Source of the DNA: an uncultured Christensenella sp.
Lineage (GTDB): Bacteria; Bacillota; Clostridia; Christensenellales; UBA3700
Direction: 5' to 3'
Length of the DNA: 64,000 nucleotides
NCBI GenBank assembly: GCA_950079155.1
Contig: CATMWH010000001.1
Coordinates: forward strand, 194,982-258,981
A model generated the notes under the pieces. It worked only from the letters and a program-made list of their open reading frames with translations, had not been told where the DNA came from and did no database searches. Numbering within the stretch: position 1 is the stretch's first letter; each line of letters begins with the position of its first letter. Made by a program: the position numbers and the translations under genes. Shown here in pieces: positions 46,199 to 56,323 of this stretch.

Positions 46199-46807
46199 AT
46201 GGCAAAAAACAATAAATTCAAACTTAACAAGGGCGTCGCTACGCCTTTTATCAAAAACTTCTTAAGAGATAACAAACTATTCTTGATTACTTTTTTTGGA
46301 CTTTATATCTTGATTTTTGCAATATCTTTATTTATTGTGCTTAATTATCAAGATCAACTATCGCACAATAACTATTACCAAATGCTATTGCAAGGCGAGT
46401 ACAGTTATTTCAAAGTCACGCTTAAATACGTATTGTTTAATCTTCTGTTTGCCTTTTGCGCAATGATAACTTATCGCAAAAAATATGCTTTTGCGCTTAT
46501 GTATTTTGTCGTAACCTTTATCGCATACCGACTTGCCGTCAACATTATAGGATGTTGGCAATACAATATTATAATAAATATTCTCAATGCGATATTATTT
46601 TATTTTATAATCAATACTATGTACGTCATTACGATAGTACTGATAATTTCTCACATCAACTCACACTATCTTTACTGCAACGATAGATGCCCTGCAACTT
46701 TAAAAAGCATATTTAAATTCTCTTTAATTACTACAATTGCAACTTCGATTTGCATAATTATTTGCACCGTGATATTGCCAATGATACTTTGCAAAATACT
46801 GTTTTAA
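46199..46807 (+). CDS. Hypothetical polytopic membrane protein (5-6 TM)
   Basis: 202-aa ORF, very hydrophobic, downstream of the Spo0A_C-like gene on the same strand. A SpoIIM-like topology is possible, but I cannot support that from sequence. Confidence 0.5.
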   Translation: MAKNNKFKLNKGVATPFIKNFLRDNKLFLITFFGLYILIFAISLFIVLNYQDQLSHNNYYQMLLQGEYSYFKVTLKYVLFNLLFAFCAMITYRKKYAFALMYFVVTFIAYRLAVNIIGCWQYNIIINILNAILFYFIINTMYVITIVLIISHINSHYLYCNDRCPATLKSIFKFSLITTIATSICIIICTVILPMILCKILF

Positions 46808-46811
46808 ATAA

Positions 46812-46848
46812 TAAAAAAATAGGAATATCTTAACGATATTCCTATTTA
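46812..46848. terminator. Bidirectional terminator between the membrane-protein gene and rny
   Basis: Perfect 11-bp stem ataggaatatc/gatattcctat with a 5-nt loop. An A7 run on the plus side gives a T-run for the rny transcript. Confidence 0.8.
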
Positions 46849-46853
46849 AACAA

Positions 46854-48470
46854 TTATTTTGCGTACTCGATTTGTCTGATTTCTCTGATGACGTTGACTT
46901 TGATTTGACCGGGATATTCAAGTTCTGCCTCGATCTTCTTTGCAATTTCTTTTGCCATAAACGTCGTTGCTTCGTCGTTGACTACTTCCGGCTTAACAAT
47001 TACTCTTATCTCTCTGCCTGCCTGTATTGCATACGACTGCTCTACGCCGTCAAAGGAATTTGCAACTCCTTCCAACTTCTCCAGTCTCTTAACGTAATTC
47101 TCAAGCGACTCCCTTCTCGCTCCGGGTCTTGCGCCCGAAATCGAATCTGCCGCTTGGACTATAATCGCTTCCAAGGTCTGCGGCTCTACGTCGCCGTGGT
47201 GCGCTTCTATTGCGTGAATGACATTGCGTTGTTCTTTGAACTTCTTTGCAATGTCTACGCCTATCGTAACGTGGGTACCTTCAACTTCGTGGTCTACCGC
47301 CTTACCTATATCGTGCAACAAGCCTGCCCTTTTTGCCACTTTGACATCTGCGCCCAATTCCGCAGCCATCATTCCTGCCAAATAACTTACTTCCAAAGAG
47401 TGCTTAAGCACGTTCTGCCCATAACTCGTACGGAATTTTAATCTGCCCAGCAACTTGATAATTTCCGGATGCAAGCCGTATACGTTTGCTTCAAAAGCGG
47501 CATTTTCGCCCGCTTCTTTCATTTGCTGCTCTATTTCTCTCTTGACTTTCTCGACGGTCTCTTCTATCTTTGCAGGATGTATTCTTCCATCCGAAACCAA
47601 TCTCTCGATAGTCAATTTTGCAATCTCTCTTCTTACAGGATCAAATCCCGATACCGTAACTACGTCTGGAGTGTCGTCGATAATCAAATCAACGCCCGTT
47701 GAGTTTTCAATAGCTCTGATATTTCTGCCGACTCTACCGATAAGTCTGCCTTTCATATCCTCGTTAGGCAACTCTACAACTGATACGGCAATATCCGACG
47801 CGTGGTCGGCTGAGCATCTCTGAATCGCAAGTCCAATGATATTCTTTGCCTTTTTGTCGGCTTCGTCCTTTGCCTTTTGCTCGATTTCTTTAACTTTGAC
47901 GACAGCGTCTTTCTTTGCTTCGTCCAAAAGTTCGTCCATAAGTATCTGCTTTGCTTCGTCTTGAGTAAGTTTTGCAACCTTTTCAAGTTCAGATAACATA
48001 TTGGCGTGAGCGTTTTTCAACTCTTGCTCAATCTCGTCAAGTTCTCTTTCTTTGCTTTCTAATTGTTTCTTCTTTTCGTCAATAAGATCTGATTTTTTGT
48101 CAATAGCCATCTCTCTCTTAATGAGTTGGTCTTCTCTTTGAGCAACTCTTTGTTCGCTTCTGGCTATTTCTGCTTTCTGCTCTTTTGACTGACTTTCAAA
48201 CTCCTTACGGAGTCTGTTCTGCTCTTCTTTTGCCTCAATTTTTGCTTCCTTGAGATAGGTCTTAGATTCGTCGCGAGCCTCTTTCTTCATCTTCTCGCAC
48301 TCCTCCTTAACACCACCGACAGTTTTCTTTGCATACGACTTGTATATCAAAATGCCTAATCCTATACCTGCGCCTAAAAAAATGACGATGGCAAACACTA
48401 GACCTATAGACCATCCTACATTCGCATCTACCCCAAGGAGAAAATCAAAGCAATTCATACTGAATTTCAT
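46854..48470 (-). CDS. rny: Ribonuclease Y
   Basis: N-terminal TM, long K/E coiled coil, KH domain ([15 protein letters not shown]) and HD domain ([12 protein letters not shown]). Confidence 0.95.
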   Translation of the reverse strand: MKFSMNCFDFLLGVDANVGWSIGLVFAIVIFLGAGIGLGILIYKSYAKKTVGGVKEECEKMKKEARDESKTYLKEAKIEAKEEQNRLRKEFESQSKEQKAEIARSEQRVAQREDQLIKREMAIDKKSDLIDEKKKQLESKERELDEIEQELKNAHANMLSELEKVAKLTQDEAKQILMDELLDEAKKDAVVKVKEIEQKAKDEADKKAKNIIGLAIQRCSADHASDIAVSVVELPNEDMKGRLIGRVGRNIRAIENSTGVDLIIDDTPDVVTVSGFDPVRREIAKLTIERLVSDGRIHPAKIEETVEKVKREIEQQMKEAGENAAFEANVYGLHPEIIKLLGRLKFRTSYGQNVLKHSLEVSYLAGMMAAELGADVKVAKRAGLLHDIGKAVDHEVEGTHVTIGVDIAKKFKEQRNVIHAIEAHHGDVEPQTLEAIIVQAADSISGARPGARRESLENYVKRLEKLEGVANSFDGVEQSYAIQAGREIRVIVKPEVVNDEATTFMAKEIAKKIEAELEYPGQIKVNVIREIRQIEYAK

Positions 48471-48925
48471 CTTTGCCTCCTATATTAAATTGTTAAGTTT
48501 CAACATAAAAAATTTATGCAACTTAATTATAGCCTATTCAACGTAATAAAGTCAATAGTAATTATACCAATAATTATTATAATATTAAAAAATTTTAAAT
48601 CTATATTTATATATTGTTGTTATTGCTATATACCAACTACTATATATAGTATTTTAGTTTTGTATTTTCCAAATCTTACATTGTTAGGACGTTTGCATTG
48701 TCGCCTTGCTTTTTAAAGTGAGCAAATTGAAGCAAAAATTCGTAAGTGAAATTTTTGCACATACCGCAATGCTAACATTCTTTTGTCTCGCAACAAGATT
48801 TATGGGACAACTGTCAGTCCAAAACGGCTTATTCATTTTCGAGCATACCTTTACACCCGATTTTTTAGCGGTGTGCGCATTCGCCGCGCAACAAGTCGCA
48901 TTTAGATAATATCATATTAAATGAA

Positions 48926-48952
48926 TTAGACGCGACATTACGTCGCGTCTAA
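48926..48952 (-). terminator. Terminator hairpin after recA
   Basis: Perfect 11-bp stem ttagacgcgac/gtcgcgtctaa with a 5-nt loop, 26 nt after the recA stop. The downstream tract is only moderately U-rich. Confidence 0.6.
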
Positions 48953-48978
48953 TTAAATGCGCTATAACTTTATGTATA

Positions 48979-49989
48979 TTATTCTTCCTGCGCTTTTTGC
49001 ATAATCTTCGTTCTGATTTCTTGAGCAACTTCGGGATTATCCTCTAGATACTGTATTGTCTTGTCTCTGCCTTGACCTATCTTCTCGTCGTTGTAACTGA
49101 TCCAAGATCCGCTCTTTTTCAAAACGTCCATTGCAACGCCCATATCGACAAGACAGCCATTGGCAGATATACCTTTGCCGAATATAATATCAAACTCAGC
49201 CGTTTTAAATGGAGGCGCAACCTTGTTTTTGACTACTTTTGCTTTTGCTCTGCTACCTATAAAATCGCTTCCGTCCTTAATAGCGTCGCCCTTTCTTACC
49301 TCTATTCTTATGCTTGAATAAAACTTCAATGCCTTACCGCCAGGAGTTACTTCGGGATTACCAAACATAACTCCGACCTTTTCTCTCAATTGGTTGATGA
49401 AAATTACACAAGTCTTCGTCTTGTTGATAATTGCCGTCAACTTTCTTGCTGCTTGAGACATCAGTCTTGCTTGAAGACCTATGACAGACTGTCCCATCTC
49501 GCCTTCGATTTCTGCCTTTGGCGTCAATGCCGCAACGGAGTCTACGACAATAATATCCATAGCGTTGGTTCTTACCATCGTCTCCAATATATCCAAAGCC
49601 TGCTCCCCGCTGTCGGGTTGGCTGACGTAAAGGTCCTTGACATTGACGCCTAACTTCTCTGCATATATTGGGTCAAGAGCGTGTTCTGCGTCTATGAACG
49701 CCGCTAATCCGCCTTCCTTTTGACAGGATGCAATTGCGTGCAAAGCAACTGTAGTTTTACCTGAAGACTCAGGTCCGTATATCTCTATAATTCTACCTTT
49801 TGGCAAACCGCCTACGCCCAAAGCCATATCAAGAGTCAAACACCCCGTGCTTATTACGTCGATATGTTCAATTTCTTTATCTCCAAGTCTTATGATAGAG
49901 CCCTTGCCATATTGTTTTTCAATCTTTGCAATAGCGTCTGCCACAAGTTCTGATTTTTCTTTTTCAACGTCTTTCTTCTCTTTTTCCAT
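48979..49989 (-). CDS. recA: Recombinase RecA
   Basis: Walker [11 protein letters not shown]1/L2 regions ([25 protein letters not shown]). Confidence 0.97.
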   Translation of the reverse strand: MEKEKKDVEKEKSELVADAIAKIEKQYGKGSIIRLGDKEIEHIDVISTGCLTLDMALGVGGLPKGRIIEIYGPESSGKTTVALHAIASCQKEGGLAAFIDAEHALDPIYAEKLGVNVKDLYVSQPDSGEQALDILETMVRTNAMDIIVVDSVAALTPKAEIEGEMGQSVIGLQARLMSQAARKLTAIINKTKTCVIFINQLREKVGVMFGNPEVTPGGKALKFYSSIRIEVRKGDAIKDGSDFIGSRAKAKVVKNKVAPPFKTAEFDIIFGKGISANGCLVDMGVAMDVLKKSGSWISYNDEKIGQGRDKTIQYLEDNPEVAQEIRTKIMQKAQEE

Positions 49990-50003
49990 AATAATACCTC
50001 ATA

Positions 50004-50711
50004 TTAAAGTTCTTTTATATTTTTAAGCGCCAAATACAACGCTGTATTTGTCACACACTTTCTGATTTCGTTTCTGTCTTTGTCAAAAAACGTATCGAAT
50101 ACGTCGATCGCATATCTGTTGCCTATTGCAATATAAGAGAGCCCGACAGGCGTATCGTAATCGTCGCTTGACGGTCCTGCGCACCCCGTGGTAGCAATTG
50201 CCAAATCTATCTCGTTGTTTTGCAAAAGTCCTTGCGCCATTTCTCTTGCGACTTCTTCGCTTACAACGCCATGCTCTTCTATCGTCGCCAGTTTGACGTG
50301 TAATCTACGCACCTTTGAAGACACGTCATAAGTAACAAATCCCTCGTAAAGCACGCTGCTGCTTCCCGACACATTGACAAGTCTGGAGCATATCATTCCG
50401 CCCGTCAAAGATTCTGCAATGGCAATCTTTGCTCCTTTGTTTCTTGCGTTTTCTATTACGCACTGCTCCAAAGTCGTATCGTAATTGGCATATACATTTT
50501 CTCCAAGTGTATCTAGTATCAAATCCAAAATTCTCTGAAATTCAATATCACTTGCGCTCTTGTTGATAAGAGTAAGTTTGCAATCAAGATTGAGTTGTTT
50601 GAATTCCAAACTCACGCCGTCCACGCTTGCAAGTTTTTTACATCTGGCAAACATATCTGCGTCAATGTCAAAGGCTTTGAGTACACAGTAGTTTTTGCAA
50701 GTCTCAATCAT
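50004..50711 (-). CDS. cinA: CinA-family protein (PncC-type nicotinamide-nucleotide amidase C-domain), lacking the MoCF/N-terminal domain
   Basis: IAIAESLTGGMICSRL and ATTGCAGP motifs of the CinA C-domain. Only ~95 aa precede it. The cinA-recA adjacency is as in Bacillus. Confidence 0.8.
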   Translation of the reverse strand: MIETCKNYCVLKAFDIDADMFARCKKLASVDGVSLEFKQLNLDCKLTLINKSASDIEFQRILDLILDTLGENVYANYDTTLEQCVIENARNKGAKIAIAESLTGGMICSRLVNVSGSSSVLYEGFVTYDVSSKVRRLHVKLATIEEHGVVSEEVAREMAQGLLQNNEIDLAIATTGCAGPSSDDYDTPVGLSYIAIGNRYAIDVFDTFFDKDRNEIRKCVTNTALYLALKNIKEL

Positions 50712-50720
50712 ATTTCCCTC

Positions 50721-52043
50721 CTAATTCTCTTCGACTTTTCCAAAATAATCAATTCCGTCGACTTCTTGGAGTTTTACTTTATAAATTTTGCCTATCTCGA
50801 CCGGTACGTCGGAATAGAAATAAACCTTAGTATCAATCTCCGGCGCGTCGTGACTGCTTCTGCCATAAAACAATTGCAAGTCGTAATCAATGCCCTCGTA
50901 TATCACATCGACCACGCTACCGATTCTCTCCTTGAGTTTGTCTGCCATAATACTTTCTTGCAGAGCATAAAGTTCTTCTTGCCTTTGCAATTTGACATCT
51001 TCGGCAATTTGACCGCTAAGTCTGCTTGCAGGAGTGCCGTCTTCCATTGAATAAGCAAAGAATCCGCATCTATCAAGTCGTGCCGTCGATATAAATTCTT
51101 TTAGTTCTTCAAAGTCCTCTTGCTCTTCTCTCGGAAAGCCTACGATAAATGTCGAACGGATTGTAAAATCTCCGTGCCGCCTTATCATCTCCACAAGGTT
51201 GAAAATTTGCTCCTTGGTGACTTTTCTATTCATAAGTTTGAGAATTTTGTTGCTGACGTGTTGACAAGGTATGTCGACGTATTTGCAAATTTTGGGATTG
51301 CTTGCCATATATTCTATGAGTTCTTCGGTGACCTGTTCGGGATACAAATACAAAAGTCTTATCCACTCCACGTCAAGCGCCAATAATTCCTTAAGCAATT
51401 CTATCAACTTGATTTTGCCGTAAATATCTATACCGTATCTCGATACGTCTTGCGCGACGATTATCAACTCTTTTATGCCGTAATCTTTGACGAGTGACTT
51501 TGCCTCGTCGACTATATCCTCTATTTTCCTCGACGTATACTTGCCTCGTATATTTGGAATAGCGCAATATGTACACTTGTTGTCGCACCCCTCGGCAATC
51601 TTCAGATATGCGTAATGGTAAGGCGTAGTCAACACTCTTTTGGGAGAAAACTTCCTATCATCCTTATCGTTGACATAACACTTTTCTCCTTGTCCTTGAA
51701 CCATATTCCTGATAAATATCGGCAGTTTATGATAGTTTGCCGTACCCAAAAACATATCTACTTCGGGAAATTCATTCTCAAGATCTTGCATATATCTTTG
51801 AGAAAGACAGCCTGTGACTATAAGATACTTGCACTTGTCTTTTTTATATTCCGCCATCTCAAGAATAGTATCTATTGCTTCTTGTTTTGCGCTGTCGATA
51901 AATCCGCAGGTGTTGACAATTATAATATCCGCCTCGCTCGGCTCTCCCGTCAATTCATATCCTTCGTCCTGCAAATATGCAAGCATATTCTCGCTGTCGA
52001 TACGGTTTTTATCACACCCTAAAGATATCAGTCCTATCTTCAT
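50721..52043 (-). CDS. rimO: Ribosomal protein S12 methylthiotransferase RimO
   Basis: MKIGLISLGCDKN, radical-SAM CDNKCTYCAIPNIRGK and a TRAM C-terminus. ATGA overlap with pgsA. Confidence 0.92.
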   Translation of the reverse strand: MKIGLISLGCDKNRIDSENMLAYLQDEGYELTGEPSEADIIIVNTCGFIDSAKQEAIDTILEMAEYKKDKCKYLIVTGCLSQRYMQDLENEFPEVDMFLGTANYHKLPIFIRNMVQGQGEKCYVNDKDDRKFSPKRVLTTPYHYAYLKIAEGCDNKCTYCAIPNIRGKYTSRKIEDIVDEAKSLVKDYGIKELIIVAQDVSRYGIDIYGKIKLIELLKELLALDVEWIRLLYLYPEQVTEELIEYMASNPKICKYVDIPCQHVSNKILKLMNRKVTKEQIFNLVEMIRRHGDFTIRSTFIVGFPREEQEDFEELKEFISTARLDRCGFFAYSMEDGTPASRLSGQIAEDVKLQRQEELYALQESIMADKLKERIGSVVDVIYEGIDYDLQLFYGRSSHDAPEIDTKVYFYSDVPVEIGKIYKVKLQEVDGIDYFGKVEEN

Positions 52044-52693
52044 TCTTTGTCCTCTTTCTCAATGTCTTGAGTATTTGTCTCCAATGGCTCTACTTTTACT
52101 TCTTGCTTTTCTCCCAACAAAAGTTGAGAATTTTTGACTATATAATTGATGCCGGATATAACCGTAAATAACGTAGCCAATAAGAAAAATACTATGCCGA
52201 TATATCTGATTATCTTAAATACTGGCGCGTCATTTGCCGAGCACAATAAGAAAGTCAATCCAAACATCGTCGTTGCCGTCTTGATTTTACCAAGTTTATC
52301 AGCCGCCAATGCGACGCCTTTTAACGCAGCCACCTGACGCAAAACTCCTATCATAAACTCCCTTGCAATAATGACAACAGAACAAATCAACTCCATATAA
52401 GGTATCTCGGGAATATAATTTCCATCCACCAAAATAAAAAGCCCCGCCGCCACAAGCACCTTATCCGCAATAGGGTCAAGAAGTTTCCCCAAATCGCTTA
52501 CCATATTGTACTTACGCGCAATATGTCCGTCTAAATAATCAGTCATAGACGCTATGATAAACAATACCGCCGTGATTATAAAAAGATACTTATACAAAGT
52601 TTGAAGACAGTAACATACCAAAATCAGCGGAATCATTATCAGTCTGACAATTGTAATTTTAGTAGGCAACGTCATTGATGCGCTTTTGCCCAT
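52040..52693 (-). CDS. pgsA: CDP-diacylglycerol--glycerol-3-phosphate 3-phosphatidyltransferase
   Basis: CDP-alcohol phosphotransferase motif DYLDGHIARKYNMVSDLGKLLDPIADK. AAGGAGAG RBS. Confidence 0.92.
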   Translation of the reverse strand: MGKSASMTLPTKITIVRLIMIPLILVCYCLQTLYKYLFIITAVLFIIASMTDYLDGHIARKYNMVSDLGKLLDPIADKVLVAAGLFILVDGNYIPEIPYMELICSVVIIAREFMIGVLRQVAALKGVALAADKLGKIKTATTMFGLTFLLCSANDAPVFKIIRYIGIVFFLLATLFTVISGINYIVKNSQLLLGEKQEVKVEPLETNTQDIEKEDKE

Positions 52694-52735
52694 TCTAACT
52701 CTCCTTAAATATAAATTCCCCTTATCAATGTTATT

Positions 52736-55700
52736 CTATTCGCGCTCATAATCGTCTGAACCTTTCAAGCGCGCGCTTTCGATTATCTCGTCCACCTGCT
52801 CCGATGACAGCAGACATATACACTTTGAACCTTGCTTCTCAATATATCCGCAAGCCATAAGCCAATCGTAAATCTTTCCGCCTCTTGAAAAGCCTATTGA
52901 AAAGGCTCTTTGCATCCAAGATATAGACACGTTGTCGAGACCGACAATTCTCTTTAGCACATCGGGACACAGGTCGTCCGGGAAGTCAAATTCTTTTATC
53001 TTCTCAAGTGATTTGCCTCCTGCAGGTTCTTCTTTTTTAGGCTCGGATATCGAAGCGATCTCCGCCTCAATAGTCTCATCGTAATAAGCGGAATTATGAC
53101 TGACGATGTCTCTCATAATGTTTTGAATTTCACTGTCGTCGATAAACGGATTTTGCAATCTCACCATATATCTTGACTTCGTAGTCTTAATAAGCATATC
53201 GCCTTTACCAAGCAAATCTTCCGCGCCTATGCTGTCGAGTATAGTTCGACTGTCAGTACCTGTAGTAACCGCAAATGCAATTCTCGTAGGCAAGTTGGCT
53301 TTGATATTACCAGTGATAACGTCAACAGACGGTCTTTGCGTAGCCAAAATCAAATGTATTCCGCACGCTCTTGCCTTTTGCGCCAACGTCAAGACGTAAG
53401 TCTCAAATTCTTTGGCTTGCTCGCTTACCATAATATCGCCCACCTCATCGATAATCGTCACGATATACGGAATTGTTTCGCCCGCGTCAATTACCTCTTT
53501 TGTCGCATTGTAACTCGAGATCTTTGCTACGAAACGCTTTGCAAACAATGCGTATCTTCTCTCCATTTCCGCGCAAAGCCATTTGAGTATGCCAAGAGAC
53601 TCCTTAGGAGTGTTGTATATCTTTGGCGTAAGCAGGTGCGGAAGCGCTTGATATTTACTAAACTCTACTCTCTTTGGATCCACAAGTATAAGTCTAAGTT
53701 CCTCGGGAGAGTACTTGTATATCAGCGAACAAAGCATAGTATTAAGACATACGCTCTTACCGCTACCAGTACCGCCGGCAATAAGTCCGTGCGGGAAGTC
53801 GGTCAAATCTTCGTAATGACAGTTGTTGTCGACGTCCTTACCGAGCGCAAAGCACAGACCGCCCTTTTTGTTTTGGAATTTCTCGCTTGAAATAAACTCC
53901 TTAAGTCCCACAGTCTTGCGCACCTTGTTAGGCACTTCTATGCCGCAAAGCGACTTGCCCGGAATAGGCGCCTCTATTCTCGCGGTCTCAACTGCCAACG
54001 CCATAAGAATATTGTTCAACTTAGACGGTATCTTATCTACTGACAATGTCTCGGGTATTTCAAATTCATACCTGGTGACCGACGGACCGCTTACTATATT
54101 CTTGACGTGAACTTCTATACCGAAGTTGGCGTAAGTCCTTTCAATTATTCTCGTCCTTTCCATAAAGTCTTCGTTGTCGTCGACGTCGGGAATATAATCG
54201 TTGAGATTGTCAATACTTGGAGGAATATAAGGAGTCTTGATTACCTTTGGCTTCTCTTCTTTTTTCTGCTCTTCCGGACTTACCTGCGGTTGCTTAATTC
54301 CGGCGTCTATGTTCGGAGCGCTTTGCTCTTTTTGTATAGCAGGTTGCGCGGGTTGCTGTTTTGCAACAATAGGCTTCGGCTTGTCGTAAGTCTTTTGAAA
54401 ATAACCGTCGCTATTCTCTACAGGCTTCTCAACTTTCACGCCGTCAGTCGCGTTATAATTCCTGACGGGCGAAGGCTCTTGCGCCTGTTTTTCTCTATTC
54501 ATTCGAGCAATATACTCGTCCATACTCTCTTCACGTCTGGTTTCTGTCTTGTCTTCGATTATCTTTTGAGAGTCACTCTCGAATTTTTTCTCTTCGGCAA
54601 CTTCGCTCATTTCTACTTGAGGTTGCTCTTTTTTATCTTCAACGGCATCAACTTCTTTTTCAACGTCTACAGATTGCTCCTTAGTTGCCTTTGCTTTACT
54701 ATCCCCGCCGAAAGGAAATTCAAAGTTGCCCAAATCAGTTTGCTCATCGGTCGAATTCAAAATGCGATTAAGCCTTTCGTTGAATGACAAAGGTTCTTGA
54801 TTATTGCTTTCCGATTTGTCATTGCTTTGATTTTGAACGATGGACGATTGTTCTTGTTCTAGTTTTTGGTCGTTTGCATTTTCATTATTCGTCTGATGAA
54901 TTTGCGAATAATATGACGGAATTCGCCCATTCTCCATATACACGTCGCTCGTATGGGAGTCGGATTGAAATCTTTCATAAATTGATTGAGTTCTCTCCCT
55001 TTGAGAGATTTGCGGAGGTTGTTGTTCGGGCTTTGGTTCAGGAATCGGAGTCGTAACTGCCCCTTCGTCTATCACATTGAGCCTTTGCGAGCCGTCAATG
55101 CCCAAATAATCTCTTTGAACGCTACCTATAGTAGTATTAGCGTTAGCATTATTATTCGATACGTCTTCTCCTGCATAAATATAATCGTTGCGAATAACCT
55201 CGTCTCTTATTTCCTGCGTATCCAGAATAAGTTGAGGATCTTCAGGAATGTAGCCGGAATTGTATTCTGTCTCAAAATCAATATTATTGCTAAAGTTATT
55301 TGGATATAAATCTACAGGCTTTTCATTGGAAATATTAACGCTGTCAATAGGCTTATAGTCGTCGAGACCGTTTCTTCCGCCTCGTCTAAACAACTTTTCT
55401 CCGAGATTTCTGCCTTTCACAGTTTGATTATTGAGCGTAGGCGAAGTTTCCTCTCCTTCAAAATCGTATACATTGATATTGGAGTGGCTTACTCCTCTGA
55501 CCTTCTTTGTTCTTTTGGGAACAAGATTGATATCTATATTGACTTGCAAAAGTATAGCAATTGCAATCAATCCAACTGTAATGATTCCGTTTGCCACCAA
55601 CGTCAAGATATAGATATATCTAGTTGCAAACAAATATAAAAAAATACTTGCAACTGCTCCGCCTGCGGTATTTGCCTGAGTATAAGAATCCGATATATAC

Positions 55701-56041
55701 TGCCCCCAACCGTTGAACGCATAAGTATGAGAGCCCAATATGTGAGCAAAAGTGATTGTTGTGACCGTAATCAACGCATATATGAATATGATTTTTTTGC
55801 TCTGTCTTGCTCTGCGATTAAATATATAGAATACGCCAAGCAACGTCAGCGCAAAACTGTATCCGTATATAGCGTATCCAAAAATTCCTACAAAAAAGTC
55901 TGTGACGGCTTGTCCCGATTTACCAAACGCGCCTAACAAAATCAAATCCAAAACAAAAAATACCAACGCTATAATTACGCCGTTTACTCTTCTGCTGTTT
56001 CTCTTTGCAGGCTGCTTGTTCTCTTCTTGAGTTTTTGCCAT
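52736..56041 (-). CDS. ftsK: DNA translocase FtsK/SpoIIIE (1101 aa, with a very long low-complexity linker)
   Basis: 4-5 N-terminal TM helices, a ~430-aa N/Q/E/P-rich linker, a motor domain with Walker A GGTGSGKSV and Walker B IVTIIDE, and a gamma winged helix (ISWMQRAFSIGFSRGGKI). Confidence 0.93.
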   Translation of the reverse strand: MAKTQEENKQPAKRNSRRVNGVIIALVFFVLDLILLGAFGKSGQAVTDFFVGIFGYAIYGYSFALTLLGVFYIFNRRARQSKKIIFIYALITVTTITFAHILGSHTYAFNGWGQYISDSYTQANTAGGAVASIFLYLFATRYIYILTLVANGIITVGLIAIAILLQVNIDINLVPKRTKKVRGVSHSNINVYDFEGEETSPTLNNQTVKGRNLGEKLFRRGGRNGLDDYKPIDSVNISNEKPVDLYPNNFSNNIDFETEYNSGYIPEDPQLILDTQEIRDEVIRNDYIYAGEDVSNNNANANTTIGSVQRDYLGIDGSQRLNVIDEGAVTTPIPEPKPEQQPPQISQRERTQSIYERFQSDSHTSDVYMENGRIPSYYSQIHQTNNENANDQKLEQEQSSIVQNQSNDKSESNNQEPLSFNERLNRILNSTDEQTDLGNFEFPFGGDSKAKATKEQSVDVEKEVDAVEDKKEQPQVEMSEVAEEKKFESDSQKIIEDKTETRREESMDEYIARMNREKQAQEPSPVRNYNATDGVKVEKPVENSDGYFQKTYDKPKPIVAKQQPAQPAIQKEQSAPNIDAGIKQPQVSPEEQKKEEKPKVIKTPYIPPSIDNLNDYIPDVDDNEDFMERTRIIERTYANFGIEVHVKNIVSGPSVTRYEFEIPETLSVDKIPSKLNNILMALAVETARIEAPIPGKSLCGIEVPNKVRKTVGLKEFISSEKFQNKKGGLCFALGKDVDNNCHYEDLTDFPHGLIAGGTGSGKSVCLNTMLCSLIYKYSPEELRLILVDPKRVEFSKYQALPHLLTPKIYNTPKESLGILKWLCAEMERRYALFAKRFVAKISSYNATKEVIDAGETIPYIVTIIDEVGDIMVSEQAKEFETYVLTLAQKARACGIHLILATQRPSVDVITGNIKANLPTRIAFAVTTGTDSRTILDSIGAEDLLGKGDMLIKTTKSRYMVRLQNPFIDDSEIQNIMRDIVSHNSAYYDETIEAEIASISEPKKEEPAGGKSLEKIKEFDFPDDLCPDVLKRIVGLDNVSISWMQRAFSIGFSRGGKIYDWLMACGYIEKQGSKCICLLSSEQVDEIIESARLKGSDDYERE

Positions 56042-56280
56042 TAAATTATCTCCTTATAATCTTTTAGATTATACACACACTTTCCATTCAAATCTAACTA
56101 TATAAGATTATAGCACATTGAATTGATAAATTTCAATAATTTTAAAAGTAAATATACGCTTTATATATAGATTTTAATAGAAAATTTAAAAAAACGCTTT
56201 ATATGTACAAATATTTACACATATCATTAGCAGTATTTTGCAAATTTGCAATAAATTATAATATTTATTTATTAAAATAT

Positions 56281-56302
56281 GGCGATAGCACAGACTATCG
56301 CC
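56281..56302 (-). terminator. Terminator hairpin after the M16 peptidase gene
   Basis: 8-bp stem ggcgatag/ctatcgcc with a 6-nt loop, followed by atatttt on the minus strand. Confidence 0.55.
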
Positions 56303-56323
56303 AAGCGTTCTGCCCAATAAAAT

